From: Patescibacteria group bacterium
Lineage (GTDB): Bacteria > Patescibacteriota > Patescibacteriia > PEXW01
Direction of reading: 5' to 3'
Assembly (NCBI GenBank): GCA_041671325.1
Contig: JBAZBR010000002.1
Location: forward strand, 137,978 to 201,977
DNA length: 64,000 nt
The notes below the pieces were generated by a model that was not told the origin of the DNA, made no database searches, and worked only from the letters and a program-made list of their open reading frames with translations. A program made the position numbers and the translations under genes. Below, one piece after another: positions 29,289-38,774 of this stretch. Every line of letters begins with the position of its first letter. Positions within the stretch are counted from its first letter, which is position 1.

Positions 29289-29531
29289 GAAAAACCTCCA
29301 GTTTATCTTTCGTTTCTTGGTTTCTTTCTAAGTCACTTAATCTAGCAAAAAAGTTTATTGCTGTCAATCCTCCTCCGCTCTCCCTCCCCGCCCAAAAGGC
29401 GGGCAAGCCTTCCGCCCCTGCCCGCGGGGTAGAGAGGTTAGGGTAAGGAATAACGTGTTTGACAGATTAGTAGCGCCATATTAAAGTTGTTCAACAAAGA
29501 AATCATTTGATCTTTATATCTTGGAGGTAGT

Positions 29532-29768
29532 ATGAAAGTGATTGTCAGTGAAAGAGAAGTAACCGGAGATAGGGGTTGCTATGCTAACCCACCGGTTGGC
29601 GCTTCAGTAATCGAAGGTGAGGAAATCCATTTTGCAAATGTTGACTTAACCGCGGATGGGGATAGTCTAAAAATCCGCATTGACAATGACCGGATGTGCT
29701 ATCTTTTTATTCAACGGGATGGAGATACCTTACGTATCAGCAATATCGGTTACGATGTTAAATCGTAA
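29532..29768 (+). CDS. Cassette 6 hypothetical protein
   Basis: TTGACA-17-TAAAGT promoter, GGAGG RBS, terminator AAGCGGGA/TCCCGCTT. Confidence 0.7.
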   Translation: MKVIVSEREVTGDRGCYANPPVGASVIEGEEIHFANVDLTADGDSLKIRIDNDRMCYLFIQRDGDTLRISNIGYDVKS

Positions 29769-29957
29769 ATTCAAGCGGGATTTCTCCTCCCGCTTTTTAT
29801 TAACGGTCGGTAAATAATTCTATGCTTCCACTTCCACGGCTTACGCCGTTCCCGCCCAAAGGGCGGGCAAGCCCTCCGCTAGCGGGGTGGGGTTTTTGGA
29901 TAATACAAAAACCGCTGGGCGAACCATACGGTTTTTAAAGATGTTGGCGTTGAAGGT

Positions 29958-30233
29958 CTATCGCGTTTCCACGAAGGTAAGCGTTCCTTCAAACACCCCG
30001 AACGAGCTGCTTTCCTGGAATAAGTAATTTTCGGGTTTTTCGTCCGCACGCATGGTACGGGTGAGAACCCACAGGTCGTCTTCTTTCCAGGTGGCGTTTA
30101 CCAGCTTCGTTCCTGCCGGTAATGCAATGGTTTCTTCGCCACCAAAATTGCGGACTCGCTGTTGCTTGGTACAACCACTGAAGCAACCGAAGATCAGCAA
30201 TACGGCCAGGGAAAGAATCAATGTCTTTTTCAA
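29958..30233 (-). CDS. Cassette 7 small lipoprotein
   Basis: Lipobox FSGC; GGGAGG before the TTG start. Confidence 0.75.
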   Translation of the reverse strand: MKKTLILSLAVLLIFGCFSGCTKQQRVRNFGGEETIALPAGTKLVNATWKEDDLWVLTRTMRADEKPENYLFQESSSFGVFEGTLTFVETR

Positions 30234-30311
30234 AATACCTCCCGACTTTCTCGATGGTTTAATTTAATTTCGTGTAACCATAGATGATAGCATAAATAGA
30301 TATTTTGTCAA

Positions 30312-30378
30312 CCCCGTTAGAGTTTAGTTTTAATGACTCTAATATATGGGGTAATTAATCATAATAACTCTAACGGGG
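30312..30378. mobile_element. 67-bp MITE-like element
   Basis: 13-bp TIRs CCCCGTTAGAGTT/AACTCTAACGGGG; TCAA duplicated at 30308-30311 and 30379-30382. Confidence 0.8.
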
Positions 30379-30532
30379 TCAACCCTCCTCCGCTTCCATC
30401 TCCCGCCCAAAGGGCGGGCAAGCCTCGCCCGCGGGGTGAGGGAAAGATTGCTTCGCAAAACCTCGCAATGACGTAGAAAAAGAAAACCGACCCGCTCTAA
30501 GTGAGGGATCGGTAGAAATTAAACGGCGTCAG

Positions 30533-30850
30533 TTAGAATCTGGGTGGAAGTTCACCTTTGCGTAATCGGGAATATATTGCCGGTATCTGGGATGGCTTCG
30601 CATAGAATTCGATGCCATATGTCCCGACGTAGTCGCCGTCGTACTTGATAACCCACACATCTTCCATGGTGAGTTTGGCTTTTGGAAAGTCCTTTTTCGC
30701 CTCTTTAAAGAGGCGAAAGATATAGTCTAGGTAGCCATGCTGGAGGGAGGTCCTGATTATGACTAGCAGAGTTCCCTTTGGCCGGCCATTATATGGATAG
30801 CACTCTTTGATGAGCTCTACATCCTTCTGTTTCAACAAATCAGTTGCCAT
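30533..30850 (-). CDS. Cassette 8 hypothetical protein
   Basis: TTGACA-17-TAGATT promoter, AAGGAG RBS. Confidence 0.7.
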   Translation of the reverse strand: MATDLLKQKDVELIKECYPYNGRPKGTLLVIIRTSLQHGYLDYIFRLFKEAKKDFPKAKLTMEDVWVIKYDGDYVGTYGIEFYAKPSQIPAIYSRLRKGELPPRF

Positions 30851-31107
30851 ATCTAATTACTCCTTTTTGTTTTTGACAGTTTTGTTATAGAAGAATCTAA
30901 CAAACCATCTGAAATGTGTCAATCCTTTCCGCTTCCACCTCCCCTCCTTCGCCCTTCGGCTTCCGCCTACGCCAAATGCTTCGGCGGACAAGTCGGAGGG
31001 CGGGTCGCCCAAAAGGCGGGCAAGCCCTCCGCCCGCGGGGTGTATTTTTTAGCAAAACAAAAACCCCGGGAAGAATCCACGGGGTTTTGCAAAGGTCATC
31101 TTTTGAT

Positions 31108-31398
31108 TTAAAACTTCATGTAGAAACCCTGGAGGAGCATATACTCTACGTCGACATGTTCTGTGCCGACAGTGATTTTTTGGAGTATATCCAGGATTTC
31201 AGCATTGTAGTCGTTCGGCGTAGACACGAGCCTGATGTACGGTTGGCGTGCACCCCTGACGTCAATCACGTAACTTCCAGGGAATACCGTGATAACGTAT
31301 TCGACTTCGTAATCCTTGCCCCTGAAGGCATTTTGAATCTGAGACGTTAACTCCTCGATCTCGTTTTGTTCAAACCCGATAATTTCAATATTCGGCAT
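31108..31398 (-). CDS. Cassette 9 protein, possibly tautomerase superfamily
   Basis: Starts MPNIEI (Pro1); TTGACA-17-TATACT promoter, AAGGAGG RBS. Confidence 0.65.
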   Translation of the reverse strand: MPNIEIIGFEQNEIEELTSQIQNAFRGKDYEVEYVITVFPGSYVIDVRGARQPYIRLVSTPNDYNAEILDILQKITVGTEHVDVEYMLLQGFYMKF

Positions 31399-31556
31399 TT
31401 GAACCTCCTTTTCAAGTAAAATGTTCATGTTTGAATAACGAAAAAGTATAGCGTAAATTTTTATTTTTGTCAATCCTTTTCCGCTTTTACTATTGATTTT
31501 TGGAATAAGAAAAACCCATCCATAGAGGACGGGTTTTCCAATGAGATATTTTGGTG

Positions 31557-31898
31557 TTAGGCGGTCACCGGATGATTTTTGAAGTAATCCGGATCGACGA
31601 GCAGCAGAATTTGCTCGCACGCACCAGCGAAGCTCTGCTCATCCACGATGCAACCCCATTTCCTCACGTACAGCCGGGAGAAATCCCAGGTGTTTATTTT
31701 GTTTTTCTCCAGGAGTTCTTCCAGGAGAAGGATGATCGCGTTATGGGTCGTGAACATTTCAGGGGCAGAGTAAACGTGCTCGGCTTTTTTCTGCTCGAGG
31801 CTCTGCTTTGTTCTTTCGAGCAGTTCCTGCAGGGCTCTGCGTAGCTCGTCGTTTTCAGGCAGAATAATATCAATTCCGCCCTTTGCCAGCTCTGTCAT
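31557..31898 (-). CDS. Cassette 10 hypothetical protein
   Basis: GAGGAGG RBS; TTGACA-17-AATACT promoter. Confidence 0.7.
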   Translation of the reverse strand: MTELAKGGIDIILPENDELRRALQELLERTKQSLEQKKAEHVYSAPEMFTTHNAIILLLEELLEKNKINTWDFSRLYVRKWGCIVDEQSFAGACEQILLLVDPDYFKNHPVTA

Positions 31899-32069
31899 GT
31901 GTACCTCCTCGTTTTTGTTTTCGTAATTTATAACAGCAAAGTATTGCATAGTAAATAAATTTTGTCAATCCTTTCCGCTTCCTCCTTTTGCCCTCTACGC
32001 TAGCGTGGTGTATTTTTTATCAAAGCAAAAACCCCGGGAAGAATCCACGTGGTTTTTAGTAAAGAGGGT

Positions 32070-32330
32070 TTAGACAACATTGAGTGCTCGCTTGATGATG
32101 TCAACGGTAATTTCCAAGCTCATTATATTAATCCGAAGCAACAATTCAGTTTTCGGTAAGGCGTCTATGGCCGCGCACCATTCCGGATGCGTGTTCATTA
32201 GCGTTGCCCGCCCACCCTTATCCTTGTCAGCGGTTTTCCAAAAGAGATCTTTAATGTCTTGGATTTCTGCTGGCGTGCGTGCTTGTAAAAGTTTTGTTAT
32301 TTCATCAAGAGCTTTTTCAAAATCTGTCAT
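32070..32330 (-). CDS. Cassette 11 hypothetical protein
   Basis: TTGACA-17-TAAGTT promoter, AAGGAAGG RBS. Confidence 0.7.
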   Translation of the reverse strand: MTDFEKALDEITKLLQARTPAEIQDIKDLFWKTADKDKGGRATLMNTHPEWCAAIDALPKTELLLRINIMSLEITVDIIKRALNVV

Positions 32331-32574
32331 TTATTGCCTTCCTTTGTTTTTGTAAATTTCACTTATTTAATAAGGGAACTTAACAAATAATAAAATTCTT
32401 GTCAATCCTTTCCGCTTCCACCTCCCCTCCTTCGCCCTTCGGCTTCCGCCTACGCCAAATGCTTCGGCGGACAAGTCGGAGGGCGGGTCGTCCGCCCGCG
32501 GGATCCCGTGGAATATTAAATCAGACCTCACAATTGTGAAGTCTGATCGAAACAGCAGTTTGTTTTGTTGATCC

Positions 32575-32880
32575 TCAGAATGAAACATGCTCCCGAATTA
32601 CCCGTACAATCTGTTTGGTCATCTCATCGAACCCAAACACGGGCGACCAACATGCCCAGATTTCATAGGGTTCAAGGTGAACACTCTTTATGCCTTGGAT
32701 TCCAAAGAGTGCTTTCACCAAACTGGTTTGCTTGTCCGGTTGGGCACCAGGATAGTGGAAAGAAAGGCGCTGTGCTTCAGTAATTGGCTCAGAAACATCG
32801 AAGTAGCAGTCGCTACGCCCTCCGTTCTTGCTCGTCAGAGCGATACGTAGATTTGGGTCCCAGTTCGTCCGTCGATTCAT
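32575..32880 (-). CDS. Cassette 12 NifU/Nfu N-terminal domain protein
   Basis: SLVKALFGIQGIKSV..FDEMTKQIVRVIREH matches the Nfu_N pattern; GAGG before ATG. Confidence 0.7.
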   Translation of the reverse strand: MNRRTNWDPNLRIALTSKNGGRSDCYFDVSEPITEAQRLSFHYPGAQPDKQTSLVKALFGIQGIKSVHLEPYEIWACWSPVFGFDEMTKQIVRVIREHVSF

Positions 32881-33156
32881 CGGAACCTCGCCGAGTTTAA
32901 GCATCCAGGTACCGGCCCTGACGAAAAATTTTCGTCCTGGGCAGCAAAGAAGCAGGTGCTTCAATAGGTTTGAAACGTACAACATAGTTACCCCATGCCT
33001 TGCGCTGTTGTTTGTTGGCTGTCTTTTGACGCAAGGCTGCGTATTGGGCAAGACAGATAATCCCAAACGCATATTTTTGTAACTGAGTATAGTACCGTAC
33101 TTTTTGTTTTTTGTCAACCCTTTTCCACTTGAGCCCTTTACCCTAAAAACAACGGG

Positions 33157-33227
33157 AAAAAATAGCCCCGAACCGGTGTTCGGGGCTTTCAAGGAGGGAT
33201 ATAACTCACCAAGTGGTTATCCTTGGC
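33157..33227 (-). ncRNA. Candidate sRNA A with anti-SD motif
   Basis: TTGACA-16-TATAAT at 33261-33234; CCCTCCTT; terminator AGCCCCGAAC/GTTCGGGGCT plus T-tract. Confidence 0.5.
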
Positions 33228-33259
33228 GAAATCATTATAAGAAAAACGAAATATTTGTC

Positions 33260-33395
33260 AAAAAAAAGGAGCCCCAAGGATGTCTTGGGGCTCACAAGGA
33301 AAGGAGGTCAGAATGAAAACACTGAAGTAGTACCGGAACTGCTAAGAAAGGAACCCGAGATCCGCGAACGAGAGAAGGAAGTATTTGTTTTAGCT
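33260..33395 (-). ncRNA. Candidate sRNA B with anti-SD motif
   Basis: TTGACG-17-TATATT at 33430-33402; GACCTCCTTTCCTT; terminator GAGCCCCAAG/CTTGGGGCTC plus T-tract. Confidence 0.5.
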
Positions 33396-33510
33396 ATATA
33401 AAATATAATATAATCCTTTAAAGCCGTCAAATCACTTATAAAATCGTTAAGATTGTTAATAAGGCCCAATTAAACTAAAATGTATTTATCTCTTAATTAT
33501 TAAAAAACAT

Positions 33511-33801
33511 ATGAACCAACAACAGCAAATTCAAATTAAAATTGACGACACCATCATGAAAGGCGTTTATGCCAATATGATGAGCGTATCCCATTCCAAG
33601 GAGGAATTCCTTTTGGATTTTTTGAATATTTACCCGCTCCAGCAGGCTGGGATTGCCACCGCCAGGGTGATTGTCTCCCCAGGCCATATGAAAAGGATTG
33701 TGAATGCCCTGCAGGATAATCTGAAAAAATACGAGAGCAGTTTTGGCGCGATTAAGGAAGCTGATGCGCCCACCAGCGGGGAAGTGGGATTTAAGGGGTA
33801 A
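33511..33801 (+). CDS. DUF3467 family protein, copy 2
   Basis: Near-identical protein to 25292..25579. Confidence 0.85.
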   Translation: MNQQQQIQIKIDDTIMKGVYANMMSVSHSKEEFLLDFLNIYPLQQAGIATARVIVSPGHMKRIVNALQDNLKKYESSFGAIKEADAPTSGEVGFKG

Positions 33802-33915
33802 GTCTTATATCATCCTGAACCTGAGCTTGTCGAAGGTGAAGGATCTTCATAAAGTATGATATTTATTGAGATTCTTCACCCCGCGGTTGCGGGGTTCAGA
33901 ATGACAGAATAAAAC

Positions 33916-35097
33916 ATGCCAGAACCAAAACCTAATATTCCAAATTCAAAATTTACGCCAAAACACCATATCAAATGGAAGGTGATTTTTATTGCTTTGG
34001 TGACTTTTATTTTCGCCGGAGTTTTTTGGTGGACTTTGGATATGGCCTTAAGGGTTAAATTAGTGGGCTTGCCAGCCATAACCCAGCTTTGGCAATTATT
34101 GATTGCCATTGCTTTCTTTTGCCTATTCCTGGCTTTGTTCGGGGTATTTGCCATGACCCGTGGCCGGAAAAGTTTTTGGCAAACCGCTTTGGTGGCTTTA
34201 ACATCTGCAGCTGTCCTAATTCCTTTTTTCCCAACCCGTTATGCCACCCTTGGCGCAGCCGGGATTTTTTTAATCGGCCTGGTCTTGTGGGCTTATAACG
34301 TGGCAGGGGATGTGAATTCCAGGAAAAAATTCCAGCCGCATTACACCATTCATGCGGGCTTTGGCACGGGCTTGGTTTTACTTTTGATTGGCATATCTTT
34401 GTGTTATTACACTTCTTTAGGCGATTCCAAAAAAACCACGGAAGAAGTCAGGCAAAATATTGTGGTGGCTGCCAGGAACAGTATGAATTTAATTCTTAGC
34501 GCCCAAGTCAAGGATTATCGGGGCACCATGACTCTGGATGAATTCTTAAGTTTGATTGCAACTGATAAATTCGGGGAAATTGTGGTGCCGGAATTGACTA
34601 AGACTTTGGGTTCAGATGCGCAAAAAGAATCGGCTTACAAGGAAATCATCAGCCAGCTAAGGAAAGTCAACCCGGTTTTTGAAAATCAGAAAACCACCGA
34701 TGAAATCGAGCAAAAACTTGATGCCCAAATCCAGGCCGAGCAGGAAATTTTGCAAAAAGCGGCCTTAGCCCAGTTGTCAGCGGTCCAAAAGCAGCTTTTG
34801 GAAGAAGCCCGGCGGGAATTTTTGCTAACTTTCAAGATTGAAGCCACCGGTGCCGAACCCATGAATGAAATAATTGATAAAATCATCAATCGCCGCGTTA
34901 TCCAGTATGTGGATCCTTATGAAAAGACCATCCCGCCCATTTTGGCATTATCTTTCTTCTTTATCATTGAATTGATAAGTTTTGTCTACCGTTATGTGAT
35001 TTTTGCTTTGGCGCCGATCATTGCCTGGGTTTACAAAAAACTAGGATTGATTAAGATAAGCAAAGCCCAAGAAGAAGTTGAAAGGGTGGAATTATAA
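33916..35097 (+). CDS. Multi-pass membrane protein
   Basis: Several N-terminal TM segments, helical loop, C-terminal TM. Confidence 0.8.
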   Translation: MPEPKPNIPNSKFTPKHHIKWKVIFIALVTFIFAGVFWWTLDMALRVKLVGLPAITQLWQLLIAIAFFCLFLALFGVFAMTRGRKSFWQTALVALTSAAVLIPFFPTRYATLGAAGIFLIGLVLWAYNVAGDVNSRKKFQPHYTIHAGFGTGLVLLLIGISLCYYTSLGDSKKTTEEVRQNIVVAARNSMNLILSAQVKDYRGTMTLDEFLSLIATDKFGEIVVPELTKTLGSDAQKESAYKEIISQLRKVNPVFENQKTTDEIEQKLDAQIQAEQEILQKAALAQLSAVQKQLLEEARREFLLTFKIEATGAEPMNEIIDKIINRRVIQYVDPYEKTIPPILALSFFFIIELISFVYRYVIFALAPIIAWVYKKLGLIKISKAQEEVERVEL

Positions 35098-35102
35098 ACC
35101 AT

Positions 35103-36209
35103 ATGGCCAAAGATTATTATGATATTTTAGGCGTTAGCAAAAGCGCCAGCGAGGATGAAATCAAGAAAGCTTTCCGCAAAAAAGCCCATGAGCTGCATCC
35201 TGATAAAGCGCATGGTGACGAGGCAAAATTTAAGGAAGCTAATGAGGCTTACCAAGTTTTATCAAATAAAGAAAAACGCAACCAGTATGACCAATACGGC
35301 CAGACTTTTGACCAAGCCAGCAGGCAAGGCGGGGCGCCTGCTGGCGGCTTTGGCGGTTTCGATCCCAGCGGTTTTCAGCAAGGCAATGTGGATTTTGGCG
35401 ACCTAGGCGATATCTTTGGCGACATTTTTGGTTTTGGCGGCGGCCGTTCAAAAAGAAGCCGGGCAAAAGGTGGCAGAGATATTCAGGCAGATTTGAATTT
35501 AAGTTTTCGCGAAGCGGTTTTTGGCGCGGAAAAATCTTTTGAAATGTATAAAAGCGTAATTTGCGGCCATTGCAGTGGTACAGGCGCAGAACCAGGCTCG
35601 AAAATGCACACCTGCCAGACTTGTAAAGGCCAAGGTCAAGTCCAAAGAATAGTCAATTCTTTTTTTGGCCAGATTGCGCAAAATTCCATTTGCCCGACTT
35701 GCGAAGGCGCTGGCCAGATACCCAGCCAAAAATGCCGGCAATGCAATGGTAATGGCAGGATAAAAAAGAACCAGGTCATAAAAGTCTCAGTACCGGCTGG
35801 CATTGACGATGGTGAAACCTTGCGTTTGTCTAATCAGGGTGAAGCTGGCGAGAAAGGCGGCAGTGCTGGAGATTTGTATTTGCGCATCAGGGTCCAACCA
35901 GATTCTAGGTTTGTCCGTAAAAATGCGGATATCTTAAGCCAAGTGGATATTAATTTTCCTGCTGCAGCTTTGGGTACAAAATTAGAAATTGAAACAATAG
36001 ACGGAGCAATCTCAATGAAAATTCCTGCGGGCACCCAGTCGGGCAAAGTGTTCAGGTTGAAAGACAAAGGTATTCCTTATTTGCGCAAGCGCGGCCGGGG
36101 CGACCATTTAATTACTGTGAATGTGGTCACGCCCACCAGGCTGCATGGCAAAAAGAAAAAACTTTTGGAAGAATTGGCGGAAATGGAAGGGGATGAAATC
36201 TCAGAATAA
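35103..36209 (+). CDS. dnaJ: Chaperone DnaJ
   Basis: HPD motif, G/F region, four CxxCxGxG repeats. Confidence 0.98.
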   Translation: MAKDYYDILGVSKSASEDEIKKAFRKKAHELHPDKAHGDEAKFKEANEAYQVLSNKEKRNQYDQYGQTFDQASRQGGAPAGGFGGFDPSGFQQGNVDFGDLGDIFGDIFGFGGGRSKRSRAKGGRDIQADLNLSFREAVFGAEKSFEMYKSVICGHCSGTGAEPGSKMHTCQTCKGQGQVQRIVNSFFGQIAQNSICPTCEGAGQIPSQKCRQCNGNGRIKKNQVIKVSVPAGIDDGETLRLSNQGEAGEKGGSAGDLYLRIRVQPDSRFVRKNADILSQVDINFPAAALGTKLEIETIDGAISMKIPAGTQSGKVFRLKDKGIPYLRKRGRGDHLITVNVVTPTRLHGKKKKLLEELAEMEGDEISE

Positions 36210-36541
36210 AGCAAAATAAAATCTCTCTCCCGCGCACTTGTGCGGTACCATGAATCGGGCTTGGCTTGGATATAATCAAGTAGCCCGATTTTTATTTTTC
36301 CCCTCACCCCCTTCCCCTCTCCCTGCCTACCGGCAGGCAGGCCGCTAAGGGAAGAGGGAGGTAATAGTAACTCTGACTAATTACAAAATAACATTCCTTT
36401 CTTTTTCCTCCCCCCTCACGGGGGAGGAACTAAAGGAGAGGAGGAACAGTAATTAAGCTTTTGGTTTATTATTTTATTCTTGTATTTAATTAAAAAAAGT
36501 GGTATAATTCAGGCATAACAAAATAAATAACCCATAAATTA

Positions 36542-37105
36542 ATGGATATTAACGCCGCAACCACTTCGGTCCAAGGCTTATTCGCTGGCTTTAACTGGTC
36601 GCAACCCAGTTGGGATTTGTTTATTATCATGTTTTTTGTGATTGCGGCTTTTTTGTATGGCTTGTCTTTGGGCCGGGACCGGATAATTGTCATTATGGTT
36701 TCCATTTATATGGGATTGGCCATAGTTAACACGGCTCCGTTCTTATCCAGCACAGTCATTACCATCCAAACGCCCTTTATGGTTAAGGTCAGCGTATTCT
36801 TAGGCGTGTTTGTGGCTTTATTTTTTCTGCTTTCCCGTTCAGCGCTTTTGCGCACTATTGCCGCTTCTGATGCCCAAGGCAAGTGGTGGCAAGTTTTGAT
36901 TTACTCTATTTTACATGTGGGACTTTTAGTCAGCGTGACTTTGAATTATTTGAATCCCGAAGCCGTGGCCAAATTGGCGCCCTTAACCCAGAAAATATTT
37001 GCTACGCCTAATGCCAGGTTCATCTGGATCATCGCCCCGATCGTAGCCATGATTTTATTCGGCGGCGGCGCGGCTGAAAAGAAGAAATATAAGTACGAGA
37101 TTTAG
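36542..37105 (+). CDS. Membrane protein (CvpA-like topology)
   Basis: 5 TM segments; upstream TGgTATAAT. Confidence 0.75.
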   Translation: MDINAATTSVQGLFAGFNWSQPSWDLFIIMFFVIAAFLYGLSLGRDRIIVIMVSIYMGLAIVNTAPFLSSTVITIQTPFMVKVSVFLGVFVALFFLLSRSALLRTIAASDAQGKWWQVLIYSILHVGLLVSVTLNYLNPEAVAKLAPLTQKIFATPNARFIWIIAPIVAMILFGGGAAEKKKYKYEI

Positions 37106-37400
37106 GGTTTTAAATCAATTTTCACGTATTTGCAGTATCGTGCTTAACTTTTTTCTGGTTCTTATCTTCACTCACGAATAATTACCCTTTCTGGTTTCAG
37201 AAAGGGTAAAGCCCAAAGAAAATTGGGGATTTTTGATTCGCTCAAAACTAGCAATCCAAGTTGTTTTCGGGGAATGGCTCAGCAAAAATCCCCAAACCCC
37301 TAACGCTAACGATATTTTTACAATCTAACCCCTCACCCCCAACCCCTCTCCCTAAAGGGAGAGGGGCGTCAGAAGGGGTTAAATTTGATACAATTCAATT

Positions 37401-38771
37401 ATGTTAAAGTTATTCAATACCCTTTCTAGAAAAGTTGAAGAATTCCAGCCGCTTAACCCGCCTCAGGTGGGATTTTACGCTTGCGGACCCACGGTTTATG
37501 ACCAGGCGCATATTGGCAATTTGCGGTCTTATATTTTTGCTGACATTTTACACCGCACCTTAATCCATAATGGCTATAAGGTTAAATTTGTCATGAATAT
37601 TACTGATGTCGGGCATTTGACTTCTGATGCAGACGAAGGCGAGGATAAACTGGAAAAAGGCGCCAAGCGCGAGCATATCAGTGTTTGGGATGTGGCGGAA
37701 AAATATATAAGACTATTCAAGCGAGATTTGAAAGCTTTGAATATTACCGAACCAGATGTATGGATGAAGGCAACCGATAATATCCAAGAACAAATCGGGT
37801 TAATAAAAAAATTGGAAGCTAAAGGTTTTACTTACAAAACTTCAGACGGGATTTATTATGACACCAGCAAATTCCCAAGTTATGGTGATTTGGCTAAATT
37901 GAATTTACCAGGCCAGAAAGAAGGCGCCAGGGTTGAGGCAAATAAAGAAAAAAGAAATCCCACAGACTTTGCCTTGTGGAAGTTTTCGCCTAAAAACGAA
38001 AAAAGGCAAATGGAATGGGAAAGTCCTTGGGGCATAGGTTTTCCAGGTTGGCATATTGAATGTTCAGCCATGAGTATGAAAGCTTTGGGTGAAACTTTTG
38101 ACATCCACACTGGCGGCGTTGATCACATCCCCGTGCACCACACCAATGAAATTGCGCAAAGCGAAGGTGCCACCGGCAAGCCATTTGTGAAATATTGGTT
38201 GCACAATGAGTTTTTACAAGTTGATGGCGGTAAAATGGCCAAGTCAGCTGGAACTTTTTATACGCTTGATACTTTAAAAGAGAAAGGTTCCCCCCCGATG
38301 GCTTATCGTTATTTAGTTTTGGGTGCGCATTACCGCAGTAAATTAAATTTTACCTTTGAAGCATTAAAAGCCAGTCAAAATGCTTATGATGAATTAGTCA
38401 ATCGTTTAGCGAATATGGCTGATGGGCCTAAAATCGGATGTGCGGAATTTGAAAGTAAGTTTTTTGACGCCATTGACAATGATTTAAATACGCCCCAAGC
38501 TTTGGCGATTATGTGGGAGATGTTAAAGAGTAGTAACCCTGATTCTGCAAAAAAAGCCAGCTTGCTTAAGATAGATGAAATACTTGGTTTAGGTTTGTCT
38601 AAAATAAAAACCATTAAAGTTCCAAAAGAAATTAAAGAATTAGTTGAGCAAAGGGAATCAGCAAGAAAGGATAAGGATTTTAAATTGAGCGACGAGTTAA
38701 GATCGCAGATTAATAAATCAGGTTTTCAGGTTGAGGATACAGAAAGTGGGCCAATCATTAAAGCAAAATAA
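37401..38771 (+). CDS. cysS: Cysteine--tRNA ligase
   Basis: [20 protein letters not shown] and KMAKS motifs. Confidence 0.98.
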   Translation: MLKLFNTLSRKVEEFQPLNPPQVGFYACGPTVYDQAHIGNLRSYIFADILHRTLIHNGYKVKFVMNITDVGHLTSDADEGEDKLEKGAKREHISVWDVAEKYIRLFKRDLKALNITEPDVWMKATDNIQEQIGLIKKLEAKGFTYKTSDGIYYDTSKFPSYGDLAKLNLPGQKEGARVEANKEKRNPTDFALWKFSPKNEKRQMEWESPWGIGFPGWHIECSAMSMKALGETFDIHTGGVDHIPVHHTNEIAQSEGATGKPFVKYWLHNEFLQVDGGKMAKSAGTFYTLDTLKEKGSPPMAYRYLVLGAHYRSKLNFTFEALKASQNAYDELVNRLANMADGPKIGCAEFESKFFDAIDNDLNTPQALAIMWEMLKSSNPDSAKKASLLKIDEILGLGLSKIKTIKVPKEIKELVEQRESARKDKDFKLSDELRSQINKSGFQVEDTESGPIIKAK

Positions 38772-38774
38772 ATA

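Larger units (their letters stand above)
26201..33132 (+). repeat. Array of 13 same-orientation repeats delimiting 12 one-gene cassettes
   Basis: Copies start near 26201, 26630, 27207, 27795, 28475, 29362, 29824, 30378, 30917, 31468, 31963, 32400, 33112; consensus TCC(T)CCGCTTCCACCT...CGCCCGCGGGGTGGGGTTTTT; copies at 31468 and 33112 are degenerate. Confidence 0.85.

Noticed and set aside
30914-31350. ORFs reading through repeats (also 21610-21861, 27826-28143, 32367-32588, 40831-41183)
   Set aside because: GC-rich palindromes lack stop codons; the translations are repeat-derived
26201-33132. CRISPR array
   Set aside because: Intervals are hundreds of bp and contain genes, repeats vary in length, and no cas genes are present
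26201-33132. Classical integron with attC sites
   Set aside because: No RYYYAAC/GTTRRRY boxes, mixed gene orientation, self-promoted genes and no IntI
25292-33801. Diversity-generating retroelement template/variable pair
   Set aside because: Differences between the DUF3467 copies are not adenine-specific and no reverse transcriptase is present
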